Shown in pieces: positions 40,056 to 53,149 of a stretch of DNA of 64,000 nucleotides (positions within the stretch are counted from its first letter, which is position 1; every line of letters begins with the position of its first letter). The notes below the pieces were generated by a model, which saw only the letters and a program-made list of their open reading frames with translations, was not told where the DNA came from and did not search any database. Made by a program: the position numbers and the translations under genes. Where the stretch lies: the NCBI RefSeq assembly GCF_001194135.2, contig NC_068994.1, positions 47,599,873-47,663,872 of the forward strand, written 5' to 3'. The stretch comes from Octopus bimaculoides. Lineage: Eukaryota.

Positions 40056-40710
40056 CCCACATAACCACAGATATCTTTTTGACTGTAAAATTTTTCACTC
40101 CTTAAAAGGTACACAAAATTTCTGGCTACTTACATTATCTTGAACCAGTCACCACCGAATTTGTAACGCACCATATCAGCACAAGTTGAGCAGACCTATT
40201 ATCAAAAGTGTTCCAGCTGTAACTATCCCCAACTTATTTTCAGGCATATTATGTCTAAAACCACCACATCCAATATATCCTTCCAATTTTAAGGCTATAC
40301 ATTGTGCTCTGAAGAAAATTCCAAATGTTTCACATGACCCATGGCATCCAGCCATAGAGGACCATGCAGTAGAGCTTGGTGCAGTCTTATGACTTGCTGG
40401 CTTTTATCAAACCATCCAACCCATGCCAGCATAGAAGGAGAATGTTAAATAATGATGATGATGACGATAATGAAGAGAGAGACTTTAGTTACTACTATGA
40501 ACAGTCTACTGTTGTAGTCGTCAATTTTTTCTTAACCTTGGGGTACACTAGAAGTCAAAAAGAAAAAAATTTAAGAAAACAATATATTGCTTACCTTTTT
40601 TCATTCATCACACTTGTGTTTAATAAAATTATTAATAACACATTTATCAACACTCAGGGTGCCACCAATGTTATTTCAGTGCCAAATTTTCAGAAGATTG
40701 AGTTGATACC

Positions 40711-41314
40711 TTGTTTGTGGCAAACATTGGTGCCTTCCTAAGCTTGGCTGAGCTCTACTTCTGCATCATCCTCAAACATGGAATTTGTGTATGTGAGGAA
40801 ATGAGGTGTTGTTGTGGTAAGTCCCATGATCCTAGCACTCTTCATGATGTATCATGTCGATTAAATGTTGGCCACACTAATCACCACAATGAGATAAACC
40901 TAATCATTAAATGAGCCCTAGTAGGGGTAAATATTTCCCCGACTCCAGAACCATTGGGTTTGTTGAAGGATGATGGAAAGAAGCCCAGTGGATTTGGGCT
41001 GAAGAACAATACTTTGTATAGGACAACACTATTAAAAACTCATCCATCTCATCTCAGGTCCTTCGTACTGCAGTAAAAATAGGGATTACTGCATTTGTAG
41101 CTGAATGAGGTGATTTGTTGATAAATTACAATTTTCAGCTTGTATCTTCTCAGACATTGATGGAAAGAGATGCTGGATGGTTGACAAGAATTTTGACTTT
41201 ATTAACTTCCTGCCTCATGATGTATCAGATTATACTCAGGAGGTTTTCTGACTGTACCGGCAACTCAGCTCTGCAGTCACCCACCGTGAGGTTGTGAGTA
41301 TTTTGGAGTGTCTT
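40711..41314 (+). mobile_element. Decayed 3' fragment of a CRE-like non-LTR retrotransposon (CCHC knuckle plus restriction-like endonuclease domain)
   Basis: Translation across stops and frameshifts gives ICVCEEMRCCCGKSHDPSTLHDVSCRLNVGHTNHHNEINLIIK*ALVGVNISPTPEPLGLLKDDGKKPSG...WAEEQYFV*DNT...DLLINYNFQLVSSQTL...EVF*LYRQLSSAVTHREVVSILECL. This is collinear with the CRE-type C-terminus (CxC..HxxSC; RHxxLNxIIKRAL; EPxGLxRxDGKRPDG; LVWDxT; FxPxAxET; RLSxAVQRGNAxSILG). Confidence 0.75.
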
Positions 41315-41857
41315 GATAATTTTCACAGGGGAACACAAGCTTCCCTTGGCACAATGTATAGCTGATTATTTATTTACTAACTTCCTTTTTTCTTTTATTC
41401 ATTTTCATTTTTTTTTTCAGTTCCTTTCACTTTTTACTTTTCTAAATTTATAACACTATATTAAAAATATATAATTACACTATTTTTCAACACTCAAATG
41501 GATTTTCTGAAACCTGAAATTATATTTTTTAAAACCTACAGTGTGTTAAAACACACTATTTGAGAACCACCATTTCAGAGACTATGTGCAAGCTTTTTTA
41601 TAGGTTCAAGTGACCCTTATTTCAAAGGCATTAGAGGGGTTTTCAGTAATTAAGTGGGGATCTTTTTGTTCAAATAGTTCCATATTTCAAAGGTTCTATG
41701 GAATTATACTGACTACACTGAACAGGCAAGAGACAATATGCAAGCTTCTTCACTAGTTGATGGGGCACCTATTCCATTACAGAACATTACAGAGCTTTTT
41801 GAAAGAAATATGTTTTGTGACTATATAATGATCCTCCCCCAGTTCATGTGCTTATCA

Positions 41858-42111
41858 CAGTGGTTCTCAACAGGGGTCCTAATGACCACCTTATGGGTCC
41901 ATATAAAGGTGTGTTGGTAAAATTTATGTGCAATTAACTGGTTACCCTTCTACAATACTCAAAACATTTAAACATTTTTTTAAATACAATTTCTAATAAT
42001 ATTTAATCATAATAGGCATTTTTAGACATTGAATGAATATAAGAGTCCCAACCCTAAGAAAAATAGGAATCAAAGGGGTCCAGAGACAAAAAGAATGATT
42101 GGGAACCACTG
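41858..42111. mobile_element. hAT-type MITE (254 bp)
   Basis: TIRs CAGTGGTTCTCAA / TTGGGAACCACTG with an 8-bp TSD, GCTTATCA (41850-41857) and GCTTACCA (42112-42119), 7/8 identical. Confidence 0.85.
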
Positions 42112-42479
42112 GCTTACCACCACTATTTCTGAGACATTGGGACCTTGTGAATCATCTACTTTTTAAGGAATTACCATTATTGAACACTGGTATATTTTCA
42201 AACTAGTATTCGCAATATTTCAGCCATTGTGTAGCTTCTGGCTTTCTTCAGGTTTATAACAGTTTCTAAAGAAATAGCAGCCAAATCTTCCTCAAATCAC
42301 AAATTACAGCCATTTTTAAAAGGACACATTAAATAAGTAGACCTAGATACACTGTCTAATAAAGACTGGGTGGCCAAGCAGCAGCACCTTTGATCATAGG
42401 TCTCTGCTGAGGTTCAACAACAACAACAACAACAACAGGGGCAGGTCTAGTGATAACATACAAGCTCCTTCTGTGACTG

Positions 42480-44030
42480 TTGTTGTTCTTTCTACTATTG
42501 TTGCTTCACTTGTTGCTGATGTCGCTGCAACAGCTGATGCTGCTATGGTTATTACTATGACTACTGCTACAACCAGATGCTGACGCTGCTGCTGCTGTTG
42601 TTATTGCTGCTGATGACGACGTGACTAATGATTTCACTAGAAATACAGCTGCTGCTGCCACCTGTGTTCTTCATTGTCGTTGCTAATTGCTGCTGCTAAT
42701 TACTGTTAATTGCTGCTGTTACCTTCATTTTTTTGTTTCTGTATTTTGTTGTTGCTGCAGGTGGTGCAGTTACTTTTTTTCTCTAGCTGCTGTATTAGTT
42801 GTTGCAACTGCTGCTTTTATTCTTGCAATTGCTGCTGCTGCTACTGCTACTGCTGCTGCTGCTGCTGTTTCAGCTACTGCTACTGCTGCTGCTGTTGTTC
42901 TCGTTGGTGTTACAACGCATCTATATATAAAGGACAAAAGACAGCAATCATATGTGCAGATTGATCTTCGGTGCGGTTTGGCATAGTGCACGGCGTGTTG
43001 CACAGTACGTGTGGCAAACCAGTGGCAATAGTTGTCGTCTCACTACAGCAGTAGGNNNNNNNNNNNNNNNNNNNNNNNNNNNNNNNNNNNNNNNNNNNNN
43101 NNNNNNNNNNNNNNNNNNNNNCACCACCACCACCACCACCACCACCACCAACACCACCACCATAACCATAAGCACAGCCCTAATCACTACAACCACCAAC
43201 AACACCACCAACAACACCACCGACATCAATACCACCACCACCACCGATACCACCACCACCATTCAAGCTTAATGTCAGTCTCTTACTGCATTGCAGCATC
43301 TCCTCCCACCACTCCTCGAACCCCTCCTCCATACAACCCACACTTCACCACCCTCCTTTTCCTCTCCTTTCTCTCTTCCTGTCTTCCTTCCATCTTTCCT
43401 TCTACTTACCCAAACTACAATCATCATTTCCAATACCACAAAAACCAGGCTGTTGTGAGGAAATACGACGATGACAGCATCGACAACAACAACAACAACA
43501 ACAACAACAACAGCAACAACAAAATCGTCACCACTACCACCACCACCACCACCACCATCATCACTGCTTTCTCCTCACCACTTCCAACTACCACTGATAC
43601 CACCAATATACCAATATCATTACCCCCCATACTGGACTGGTGTGGTTTGAGAGAGTACGACAACAGAACACCACTACCACAACCACAACCAGAACCACAA
43701 CCACAACCAACAACCAACAACAACAACAACAGCAAGAAACACTGTCGCCACCACCAACGCCACATCTAGACATCTAGTGTGCGTGTGTGTGTGCGTGCGT
43801 ACGTGTGTGTGTGTGTGTGAGTGTGTGAGTGTGCTATGAGGAAATACTAAACGACGACGACGACGACAACAACAGCAACATTGCCATCACCACCTTCGCC
43901 ACCTTTACTACATTGCCACAGATGCTTCCAACACTGCCACACCACCGCCACAACAGCAACAACAACAACAACAACAACAACTACAACAACAACAGCTACT
44001 ACCACCATCACCACCATCACCACCATCCTG
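42480..44030. repeat. Long degenerate trinucleotide field (GCT/GTT, then CAC/CAA)
   Basis: Direct inspection. It accounts for the poly-A/V/T/H/N ORFs in the track. Similar fields lie at 23690-24160, 31120-31510 and 63640-64000. Confidence 0.9.
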
Positions 44031-44303
44031 ATGTGTATGTATATTTGCTATTTTCTCAACTCTGTTCTTTAAAACGTAATAAGCAACCCCCATATGCACA
44101 TACACACACACACACACCTGAAATTTGTCGTTTCGTTTTGTTTACAGATTTACCTGATGGGGGGTTAAGGGAGGAGAACAAAGGGGAAAAGGAGAAAGAA
44201 GGGGAAAGGGAGAAAGAAGGGGTGTTTTCTATTTTAGGGAGTTGCCACCAACAAAGGTGACAATATGACAATATGACAACAGTAACAACAACAAAATATA
44301 AAC

Positions 44304-44343
<40 letters not shown>

Positions 44344-44621
44344 TTATATACATACATACACATATATCATCATCCTCATCATAATTAATGTCCATTTTTC
44401 CATGCTTGCATGAGTCAGACTCTGTGTGTGTGTGTGGGGGGGCATGTGAGTGTATACATATATATGTGCATATACATACACATATATAAATATATATATA
44501 TATATACATATGTATGTGTGTATATATGTGTATATATGTGTGTGTGTGTGTGTGNNNNNNNNNNNNNNNNNNNNNNNNNNNNNNNNNNNNNNNNNNNNNN
44601 NNNNNNNNNNNNNNNNNNNNN

Positions 44622-44668
<47 letters not shown>

Positions 44669-45889
44669 CCATACACACAGAAACTGGAAAATTAACATTA
44701 CCTTCTCTCTCTCTCTGTCCCTCTCTCTCTGTCCCTCTCTCTCTGTCCCTCTTTCTACCATGCGTCCTTACACTCATCCAGCCGGCATCCGCCAACACCA
44801 CTGAAAAGCCGACACCAGCATCGGTAAAAAGAACAGCGGTAAACCAACAATGGCAGTAATACATGACAAGTGATGAAGGTCACTACGCTACACCCACAGT
44901 GGACATTGCTGTCATGCATTTATGTTTTTCTAATTTACTGTATTTTATCCAAACCAACTGCATTTTCCATCACGCACTCAAACACACAAATGCATCGTGC
45001 ACATTTATACTGTTTTATTATACTTACTATGACCTTTACTACTCTGTTGACCACCACCACCTGTTCTACTACTACTACTACCACTACTTCTACCATTGTC
45101 TACCACTACAAGCTCAATAATCCACTATTATCACCAATGGAAATTTCTTGGCAGTTGCTCAATATGCTAGAGATAGTAATTATGTCCCCCTCGAATCATA
45201 CCCTGCCATCTTTAAAAAAAAATTGGATGCATTGGATAATGTAGTTTGAGGTATTTTTGAAAAACTGATGAGACGGGATGGTCATGGTTGGAATATCTTC
45301 TTTGATCATAAGTCTGCCTGATCAGGCTTGACCTAGGGGTATAAATGTCAATAGCCACTATTACTATCATCACCATCGCTAACATCAATAGTTCTGCTAC
45401 TAACAGATTACCATTCTGCTAACACCACCACCACCACCACCACCACCACCACTACCACCACTACTATTATCACAATCATCACAACCAGTGCCACCAACAC
45501 CATCGACAAGATGATGCAAAACCAAGTGGAATGGAAATTCATTTTGCTGCCAAAATGCCCAGTTCTATACCATTATAGAAAAAGCAGATGCTAGACTTTG
45601 GTGATAATGATGATGATGATGATGATGACTGCCACCAGCACCACACCCACCACTACTAACAACAACTACAATAATAACAAGCCAGTAAGGCAGTGTCTCT
45701 ACAACCACTGAATTTGCTAGAAACAGCAGCCAAGCTAAACGTCATCTTTCCATTTGCTCTCTACCATCTTTAAGAAAATATGTTGATTGGTTACTTGAGG
45801 AAGATCTTTGATTATAGATTGTACTCATTCGGGGCTCACCTTAACAGCAATAACAACAATGACCACAATAACAACAACAACAAAAGCAC

Positions 45890-46330
45890 AAATGCCAGTA
45901 CTGGCCGATAGTAGAAAAAGCGGCAATTTCCAGAACAGCTGACTGTTTAGCTTCCGTTATCTCCCGACTTCCTGTGCTTCTGGAACATTCTATGCCGGTA
46001 ATCAATGACGCATCAGATATTTCAATTTCTGTCTTTTCTACAGCTCACCCCTAACCCTCGCACTCCACCCACACTGCTTAATTTTTTTTTTTAATTTAAT
46101 TTTTTATTTTTCATTCTTTGCCTCATCTATCCTAACCTATCTAGATTCGATGTCTTAGAACAAAACCGATGGAGATAATTTGGGAAATGATTGAAAAAAA
46201 AAAGCAACGTAATTGCAACGAGATGGAATAAAATAAGAACGAAATTAACCCCCTCAGTCCTCTCCACCCCCAAAAATTAATAATAAATTGCAAAAATGAT
46301 AAAAGACAAAACGAGACATACAAAATTAAT
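45890..46330. promoter_or_regulatory. CpG-enriched non-repetitive island; possible promoter or 5' end
   Basis: Many CpGs in an otherwise CpG-poor window. ETS-like CTTCCG (45951) and GACTTCCTG (45966), CRE-like TGACGCA (46006), and a minus-strand donor-like GG|GTGAGC at 46048. Motif evidence only. Confidence 0.35.
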
Positions 46331-46595
46331 ACAAACAAAACTTAATTTAACGAATTTATCATTTTTTTTATAATTAGAAGACATAGATGTAGAACAACAA
46401 TTTAAAAATAAACTAAAAAAAAATAAAATCATTTGTTATGTAAAAGAATACCAAAACAAAACAAATTTCTTAATTTGCATGAAAATTCTGTTGATCAAAA
46501 TCTCAAAAGCACAGAATCCTGGACAATATAGGCATTTCAACGAAACACCAACAACAGAATGAAAATTCTTAGAAAAATCAGAAAGAGGTGATGTG

Positions 46596-46663
<68 letters not shown>

Positions 46664-46677
46664 TACATATATATGTG

Positions 46678-46733
<56 letters not shown>

Positions 46734-47010
46734 TACACAGATGTATATAAGTATGTATGTAGAAGTATATATTTTAATGGTGACACATGGTTGTTTTAGT
46801 GTATAGATTTAGGAGTAAAAATACGCACTCATACGAAAACTACGCATGTATTGGAAAAACAAAAAAATAAAGAAAGCAGAATTATGAAATAACATTCTAG
46901 CCATCTTGAGTTAATTCCATCAACATTACATGATGCAAGTATGTGAGATTTTTACCTTCTTACATTTTGGTGCTAATAATTCTTATTACCATCACTGTTA
47001 TCAATCTAAG

Positions 47011-47041
<31 letters not shown>

Positions 47042-47084
47042 GACTTCAGCTAGAGACTGTGGCATTAATACTAGTTTATTTTAG

Positions 47085-47370
47085 ACTCATTTCCTTGTCC
47101 CCTTTCTGGAATCGGTCCTGGTGAAGTAGTGAGCTGGATGGCGCTGCCCTCTTTTGCATTTCTAGCTGTGCTATTGTTTCATCTGGTATATCATATATAA
47201 TTTGTTTATAATTCCTTTGAACACATCTACAGCTACCCCTTGTAGTTCTCTGAGGACTCTTGGCAAGGCCTTAACAAGTTTTGGACCTTTGAACCCTAAG
47301 CTGTTACAGTATTAGGTCCTCACTCTGGATGGAGCAGGTGGGGTATACAGTATTCTGCAGAATCATCCAT
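47085..47370 (-). mobile_element. CR1/L2-group LINE ORF2 C-terminal remnant
   Basis: Frameshifted translation PPAPSRVRT*YCNSLGFKGPNL..LPRVLRELQGVAVDVFKGIINKL..DIPDET...KRAAPSSSLLHQ matches the typical invertebrate CR1/L2-group end (GPxLFNxLPxxxR...VxxFKxxLDxxL..xPDEP...RAAxSNSLxxQ). Confidence 0.65.
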
Positions 47371-47555
47371 CCAGTCTAGTGATTTGTATAGTTAGTTTTC
47401 AATCCCAAAATCAGATACTTGACTTTCCAGAATATATATCTTCTATATATAATGTCTCAACTAATTTCATGCAGTTTATACAAGTATGGACAAGTAGATG
47501 TTAAAATATGGTACATATATATACACACACCCACACACACATATGCACATATATA

Positions 47556-47599
<44 letters not shown>

Positions 47600-48415
47600 G
47601 TATCCTGTTATTAGAGTATATTCGTTGCGTCCCTGATATTGTGAAAGATAACCAAAATAGCTGGCAACAAGGGAATCCATCTGAGAAACATTGCCTCAAA
47701 AGATGCATCTAACACATACCAGTATGGAAAGCAGACATAAAAAGATGGTGATATGTATATCAATACATATCCAAATGTCTATGGACGTTTGGGCATAATA
47801 TACATCTTATATATATATTATATCTACATATATATTTAAATATATACTTGTGAGTGTGTATGTGTGTGTGTATTTCAATCGTCACTGAAACTATTTACAC
47901 ATTAGACCCTGTAGACCCTTATTCCTTTAATACATTTAATACAAGGGCAGAAAAGTTTGGCCATGGGTCACTAGACTTCTCCTGTGTATCACAATAACCG
48001 AACAGATTCTATCTCTACAGTTTCTCTCCACCTAAAACTATGATTCAAAGACATATGTGCAAGTTACAATGTAATCAAATTTGGACATGTGGATTGTAAT
48101 GGAAAATTATTTGCCAAAGTTAAATATATATGTGTATATATATATACACATATGTTAATATATATAAATATATGTATGTCCTCTTCATCTTCATCATCAT
48201 CATCATCACTTTACGTCCACTTTTTCATGTTTGCATGAGTTAGATGGAATTCATTGAGGCAAATTTTCTATGGCCAGATGCCATTCCTCTCACCAACCCT
48301 CAACTGTTTCCAGGCAAGGTAATAGTTTCTAATTGACAGACAGGTCTTTCTGGAAACAAACAACTTGTCTGATGATGATGCTTTTTTACAGTCATCACAT
48401 GATATCTTGACAAGA

Positions 48416-48452
<37 letters not shown>

Positions 48453-49055
48453 TATATGTATATACACACACACACATGCACACACACATACACACACACA
48501 CACATACACACATGCACATACAACCATTACATATGCAATGGGTTTCAGTTTCAATCAAAAATATCCACTCACAAGGCTTTGGTCAGCATGGAGTTGCTGT
48601 AGTAGAAGAGAGTTGCCCAAGGTTTCTTACACTTGACATGATGAAATATCAAGGGTCTGACAGCAGGGAGGAGGAGAATGGGGCTACTACCAGCAGTTTG
48701 GCTGGTGCTCATTTTCAGCTGAGCTAAACTGAAGCAATGTGAAATGAAGTATTTTGCTCAAGGACATGAAGTGCCACCCACTTCAGAAACTGAATCCATA
48801 ACATTGTTACCGTGAACTGAATACCCTAAACATAAGGCTACAAGCAAAAGGTTCGCAGTGACTTCAAAATTTCAGCCTATTTGCCATTGTCTGTCTGATG
48901 ATGGCAAGGAAGCCACAACTTAGCAGTCCCTGACAACATTCATCTTGTAAAAAAAGAATAATAGATATAACACACTCCTAAAGAATATTGAGTGAGTCTT
49001 CAATTTAATGGTCAACTGTTTTTTTTATTTAACTTTACATAAAAACAAGCTTTAA

Positions 49056-49276
49056 CCCTTTAGTGTTCATATTATTCTGCCATAATTAATGCTCTTTTAT
49101 CCACATTGTTTTGAATTAATCATGCATTATCTCATAGCTATAAGATTTTGATGAGGTAGCTGTTAATTTTTAAAACCATATTGTAGGGTTGGTGTGAGAG
49201 ACCAGATCTGGCCAGTTTGAACATAGAATAGGCAGAATACTTTTGGCCGAATATGGCTGGTTTAAATGCTAAAGGG
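49056..49276. mobile_element. piggyBac-like MITE, copy 2
   Basis: TTAA|CCCTTTAGTG...ATGCTAAAGGG|TTAA, same family as 8957-9179. Confidence 0.8.
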
Positions 49277-49740
49277 TTAAATATATGCATGTGGTATAAT
49301 ATACAATGCGTGTGTGTGTGTGTGTGTGTGTGATTATCATCGTTATCATTGTTTCCACTTCCACTTTTTGATGCTTTCATGGGTCAGGCAGAGTTTATTG
49401 AGGCAGGTTTTCTACAGCTGGATGCCCCTCTTGTCACCAACCCTCACCTGTTTCCAAGCATGGCCAGGTGTGTTTTTGCAGAATATTGGAAATGAATGAC
49501 ACTGCTTATAATACACACACTCACACATACATAGATATGTATATAAATGTATGTGTGTGTGTGTGTGTGTGTGTGTGCATGTATATACATGTATGTGTAT
49601 ATGTGCATTTCTCACTACCTTTCCAAAATAGCTATTATTTCCTGTTAATATATAAGGCAACTATTTCATTCTATTGACCATTTGTGCTCAGTTTATATTG
49701 CAACTACTCATCATGTCAAGAAGTGATATATATATATATA

Positions 49741-49784
<44 letters not shown>

Positions 49785-51149
49785 NNNNNNNNNNNNNNNN
49801 NNNNNNNNNNNNNNNNNNNNNNNNNNNNNNNNNNNNNNNNNNNNNNNNNNNNNNNNNNNNNNNNNNNNNNNNNNNNNNNNNNNNNNNNNNNNNNNNNNNN
49901 NNNNNNNNNNNNNNNNNNNNNNNNNNNNNNNNNNNNNNNNNNNNNNNNNNNNNNNNNNNNNNNNNNNNNNNNNNNNNNNNNNNNNNNNNNNNNNNNNNNN
50001 NNNNNNNNNNNNNNNNNNNNNNNNNNNNNNNNNNNNNNNNNNNNNNNNNNNNNNNNNNNNNNNNNNNNNNNNNNNNNNNNNNNNNNNNNNNNNNNNNNNN
50101 NNNNNNNNNNNNNNNNNNNNNNNNNNNNNNNNNNNNNNNNNNNNNNNNNNNNNNNNNNNNNNNNNNNNNNNNNNNNNNNNNNNNNNNNNNNNNNNNNNNN
50201 NNNNNNNNNNNNNNNNNNNNNNNNNNNNNNNNNNNNNNNNNNNNNNNNNNNNNNNNNNNNNNNNNNNNNNNNNNNNNNNNNNNNNNNNNNNNNNNNNNNN
50301 NNNNNNNNNNNNNNNNNNNNNNNNNNNNNNNNNNNNNNNNNNNNNNNNNNNNNNNNNNNNNNNNNNNNNNNNNNNNNNNNNNNNNNNNNNNNNNNNNNNN
50401 NNNNNNNNNNNNNNNNNNNNNNNNNNNNNNNNNNNNNNNNNNNNNNNNNNNNNNNNNNNNNNNNNNNNNNNNNNNNNNNNNNNNNNNNNNNNNNNNNNNN
50501 NNNNNNNNNNNNNNNNNNNNNNNNNNNNNNNNNNATACCTATGTATGTATATGTGTGAACACATGTATGTGTATATATTTGTATGCATATATATTTATAA
50601 ATATATATATATATATATATATAAACATTATATGAATGTGTGTATGTATGTATTGATGCATGATTATGTATATGCGTAATATGCATTCAAGTTTTTCTAT
50701 AAATATATAAAGGTGTCTATGAACATTTTGTACATGTGTCATGTATCCATATGTTTGTTGCTTCGTCATCAGCATCAATAACATTTCTACTTGATTACCA
50801 ATACGATCTTGACGGCACTTGTAGCATCACTATCTCCACCATCATTATCACTAAGGCATTAGCTGCTACCACCACCATCATCATCATTATCAACATAGTT
50901 GTAGTCATTATCGTAGAGATGCAACACCACTCCCAACATCATCCCCATAATCAACATGATGACCATCAGTTAGACCATTGTGACTGTATTCCAGGACCAA
51001 TAATGTTGGTATTGAAACCATCAATATAATCTTAACACCGTATACAACCCTGCCAACTCAACCATCGCCTCCACCAACATCAATATAGTTTCTATTTATG
51101 CTTGAATTAAGTAATGTTTCTTCTACTCAACTATGTCTATCTTTCAATG

Positions 51150-51242
<93 letters not shown>

Positions 51243-51393
51243 GCATGTGTATGTGTGTCTGTACATATATCAATTGTTTATGATTGTGGTACTCGAAGCA
51301 GATAAAGCTATAAGTACTTGTATGTAAAATATTGGGTTAAAAAGTACCTTGAATTAAAGAAATTAGAGGCTATAGAACCATCATCATTATCAT

Positions 51394-51394
51394 T

Positions 51395-51488
<94 letters not shown>
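51394..51488. repeat. Compound (AGC)n(AGT)n microsatellite; (CT)n at 51153-51242 nearby
   Basis: Direct inspection. Confidence 0.95.
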
Positions 51489-53149
51489 TCTACTAACACA
51501 AATGCCTTTTGGGCAAGTTGTAACATACAGCAGCATGTTTCATTGGTTAATGATTGTGAGTCACATGACAATGGGATCAGCCATTAGGGCTTTGAAATAT
51601 TAAGTGAATGAGAAAAGAATTCCCTGCACTAACTTACTGAATAGGATAATAGTTTCAATTGTATTTGACATTCTCAATATTTGCTGAGTGCCTCTCACCT
51701 TTCTACTACTACCAGGTCATCTTTGTGCAGTCTCTTGATACCACAAGAGTGTTCCATTGATTGAGTAATACTAGACACACCAATCTCTGACTCAAATTGA
51801 TTTGTGAGGCTGGTTTGCATTCAAGTTGTGACTGTTTTACCTTTATGTGTTTATCATGAAGGATGCTGTCTGATGATTTAGATATTTAAAAAGATATGTA
51901 TGTCCCCAGTTTAAAGACAGAATAATTTGTTGAAATAACTCCTGTTGCTAAATTGAGTAGGTCAAATGGTAACAAAGAAAGCTCCCTCTCTGTCTTGAGT
52001 GATCCTTATTTTCAAAATAGTATGAGTTTCTTAAGGGAATACTAGCTGTTATATTGGGCTGATCAAACAACATAAAAGCTCCCTTGATTGCTTGTGTGGT
52101 AATCATTTGAAAAATGTTAGGGATATAGAAGAGATTGTAGAGAAAGATTTTGGCTATTTAACATAGGAAAGTTCCTTAGATTGTTTGCATGTCCTAAGTA
52201 TTAAGAAATGTCTGATCTTTGATGAAAGACATTTAGCTGTCATGGTTACCAGATCAGATAACATTCTAGAATCACTATCCTAAAAGTCAAAGGACTACAT
52301 AAACAGATACTCACTGATGCCAGTTGAACACATCACTGAACACATAAAAGGGATGTTCTTTCCCAAAAACATATTGAAACACTAACAAAGTATGAACTCA
52401 TAAACACTTGGTTGGTAGTTTAATAGCTTGTCCACACAACCATTCACATGTATTTTGTTATTGTTGTTCTAATCATTATCCCATTGTCCCATTGGACAAT
52501 TGGTTAATCCATATTGCTCCATAAGCAGCATAATGCTAGCTTCCCAGTTTCTCTGGTGTGTATATTCCTCCCTGGATAGGACACCAGTCCATTGCAGGAT
52601 TACTTATTTTTTCCAGCTTACTGGACTGGAGCAATGTGAAATGAAGTGTTTTGCTGAAGGACACAATACATCACCCAGTCTTAGAAAAGGAAGGATGCAT
52701 GAAATAATGTAGTCCCAGATATCTCAAAAAGGGCATTGTGGTCATGGCTGCAACTTCTTTGATCATATGTTTGCTTCATCAAGGTTCATCTGGGACAACA
52801 ACAATCACAGCACAGATATATATATGTCTACATGAATAGCACAAAACAAGCGTTTGTCAATATATCACACAACCATGCCCACACTAGCACGTCAGCAACA
52901 CGCACACACTTACATATGCTTATATTCATATACACCTATGCAGATAATGTTATGTCACATAAATAATGTAATTATTACAGTAGGTGGAGTCTACGTCAAT
53001 CAATCTTGAGTAGTATGTGGGCAGGAGGTCTCCAGTGAACTGCTAAGCTGAGACATTGATAAATGATTTATCTTAAACTATATGGAACATCAAAAGGAAC
53101 ATTGATATTATTTGATATTTATGTCGAATTTATATATCATATAACCCAG

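Noticed and set aside
40137-40198. Apparent minus-strand exon VCSTCADMVRYKFGGDWFKI with a GTAAGT donor, loosely like a Rab-effector zinc-finger end
   Set aside because: The acceptor and the first part of the exon lie within a family E repeat (GAGCAGACCTAT.ATCAAA...TTCCAGC), and the CxxC-to-GxWF spacing is 9 rather than 10. Probably coincidental.
51700-51830. Minus-strand open stretch ending at AAG|GTGAGA (…SMEHSCGIKRLHKDDLVVVEK)
   Set aside because: No convincing acceptor and no recognisable homology.
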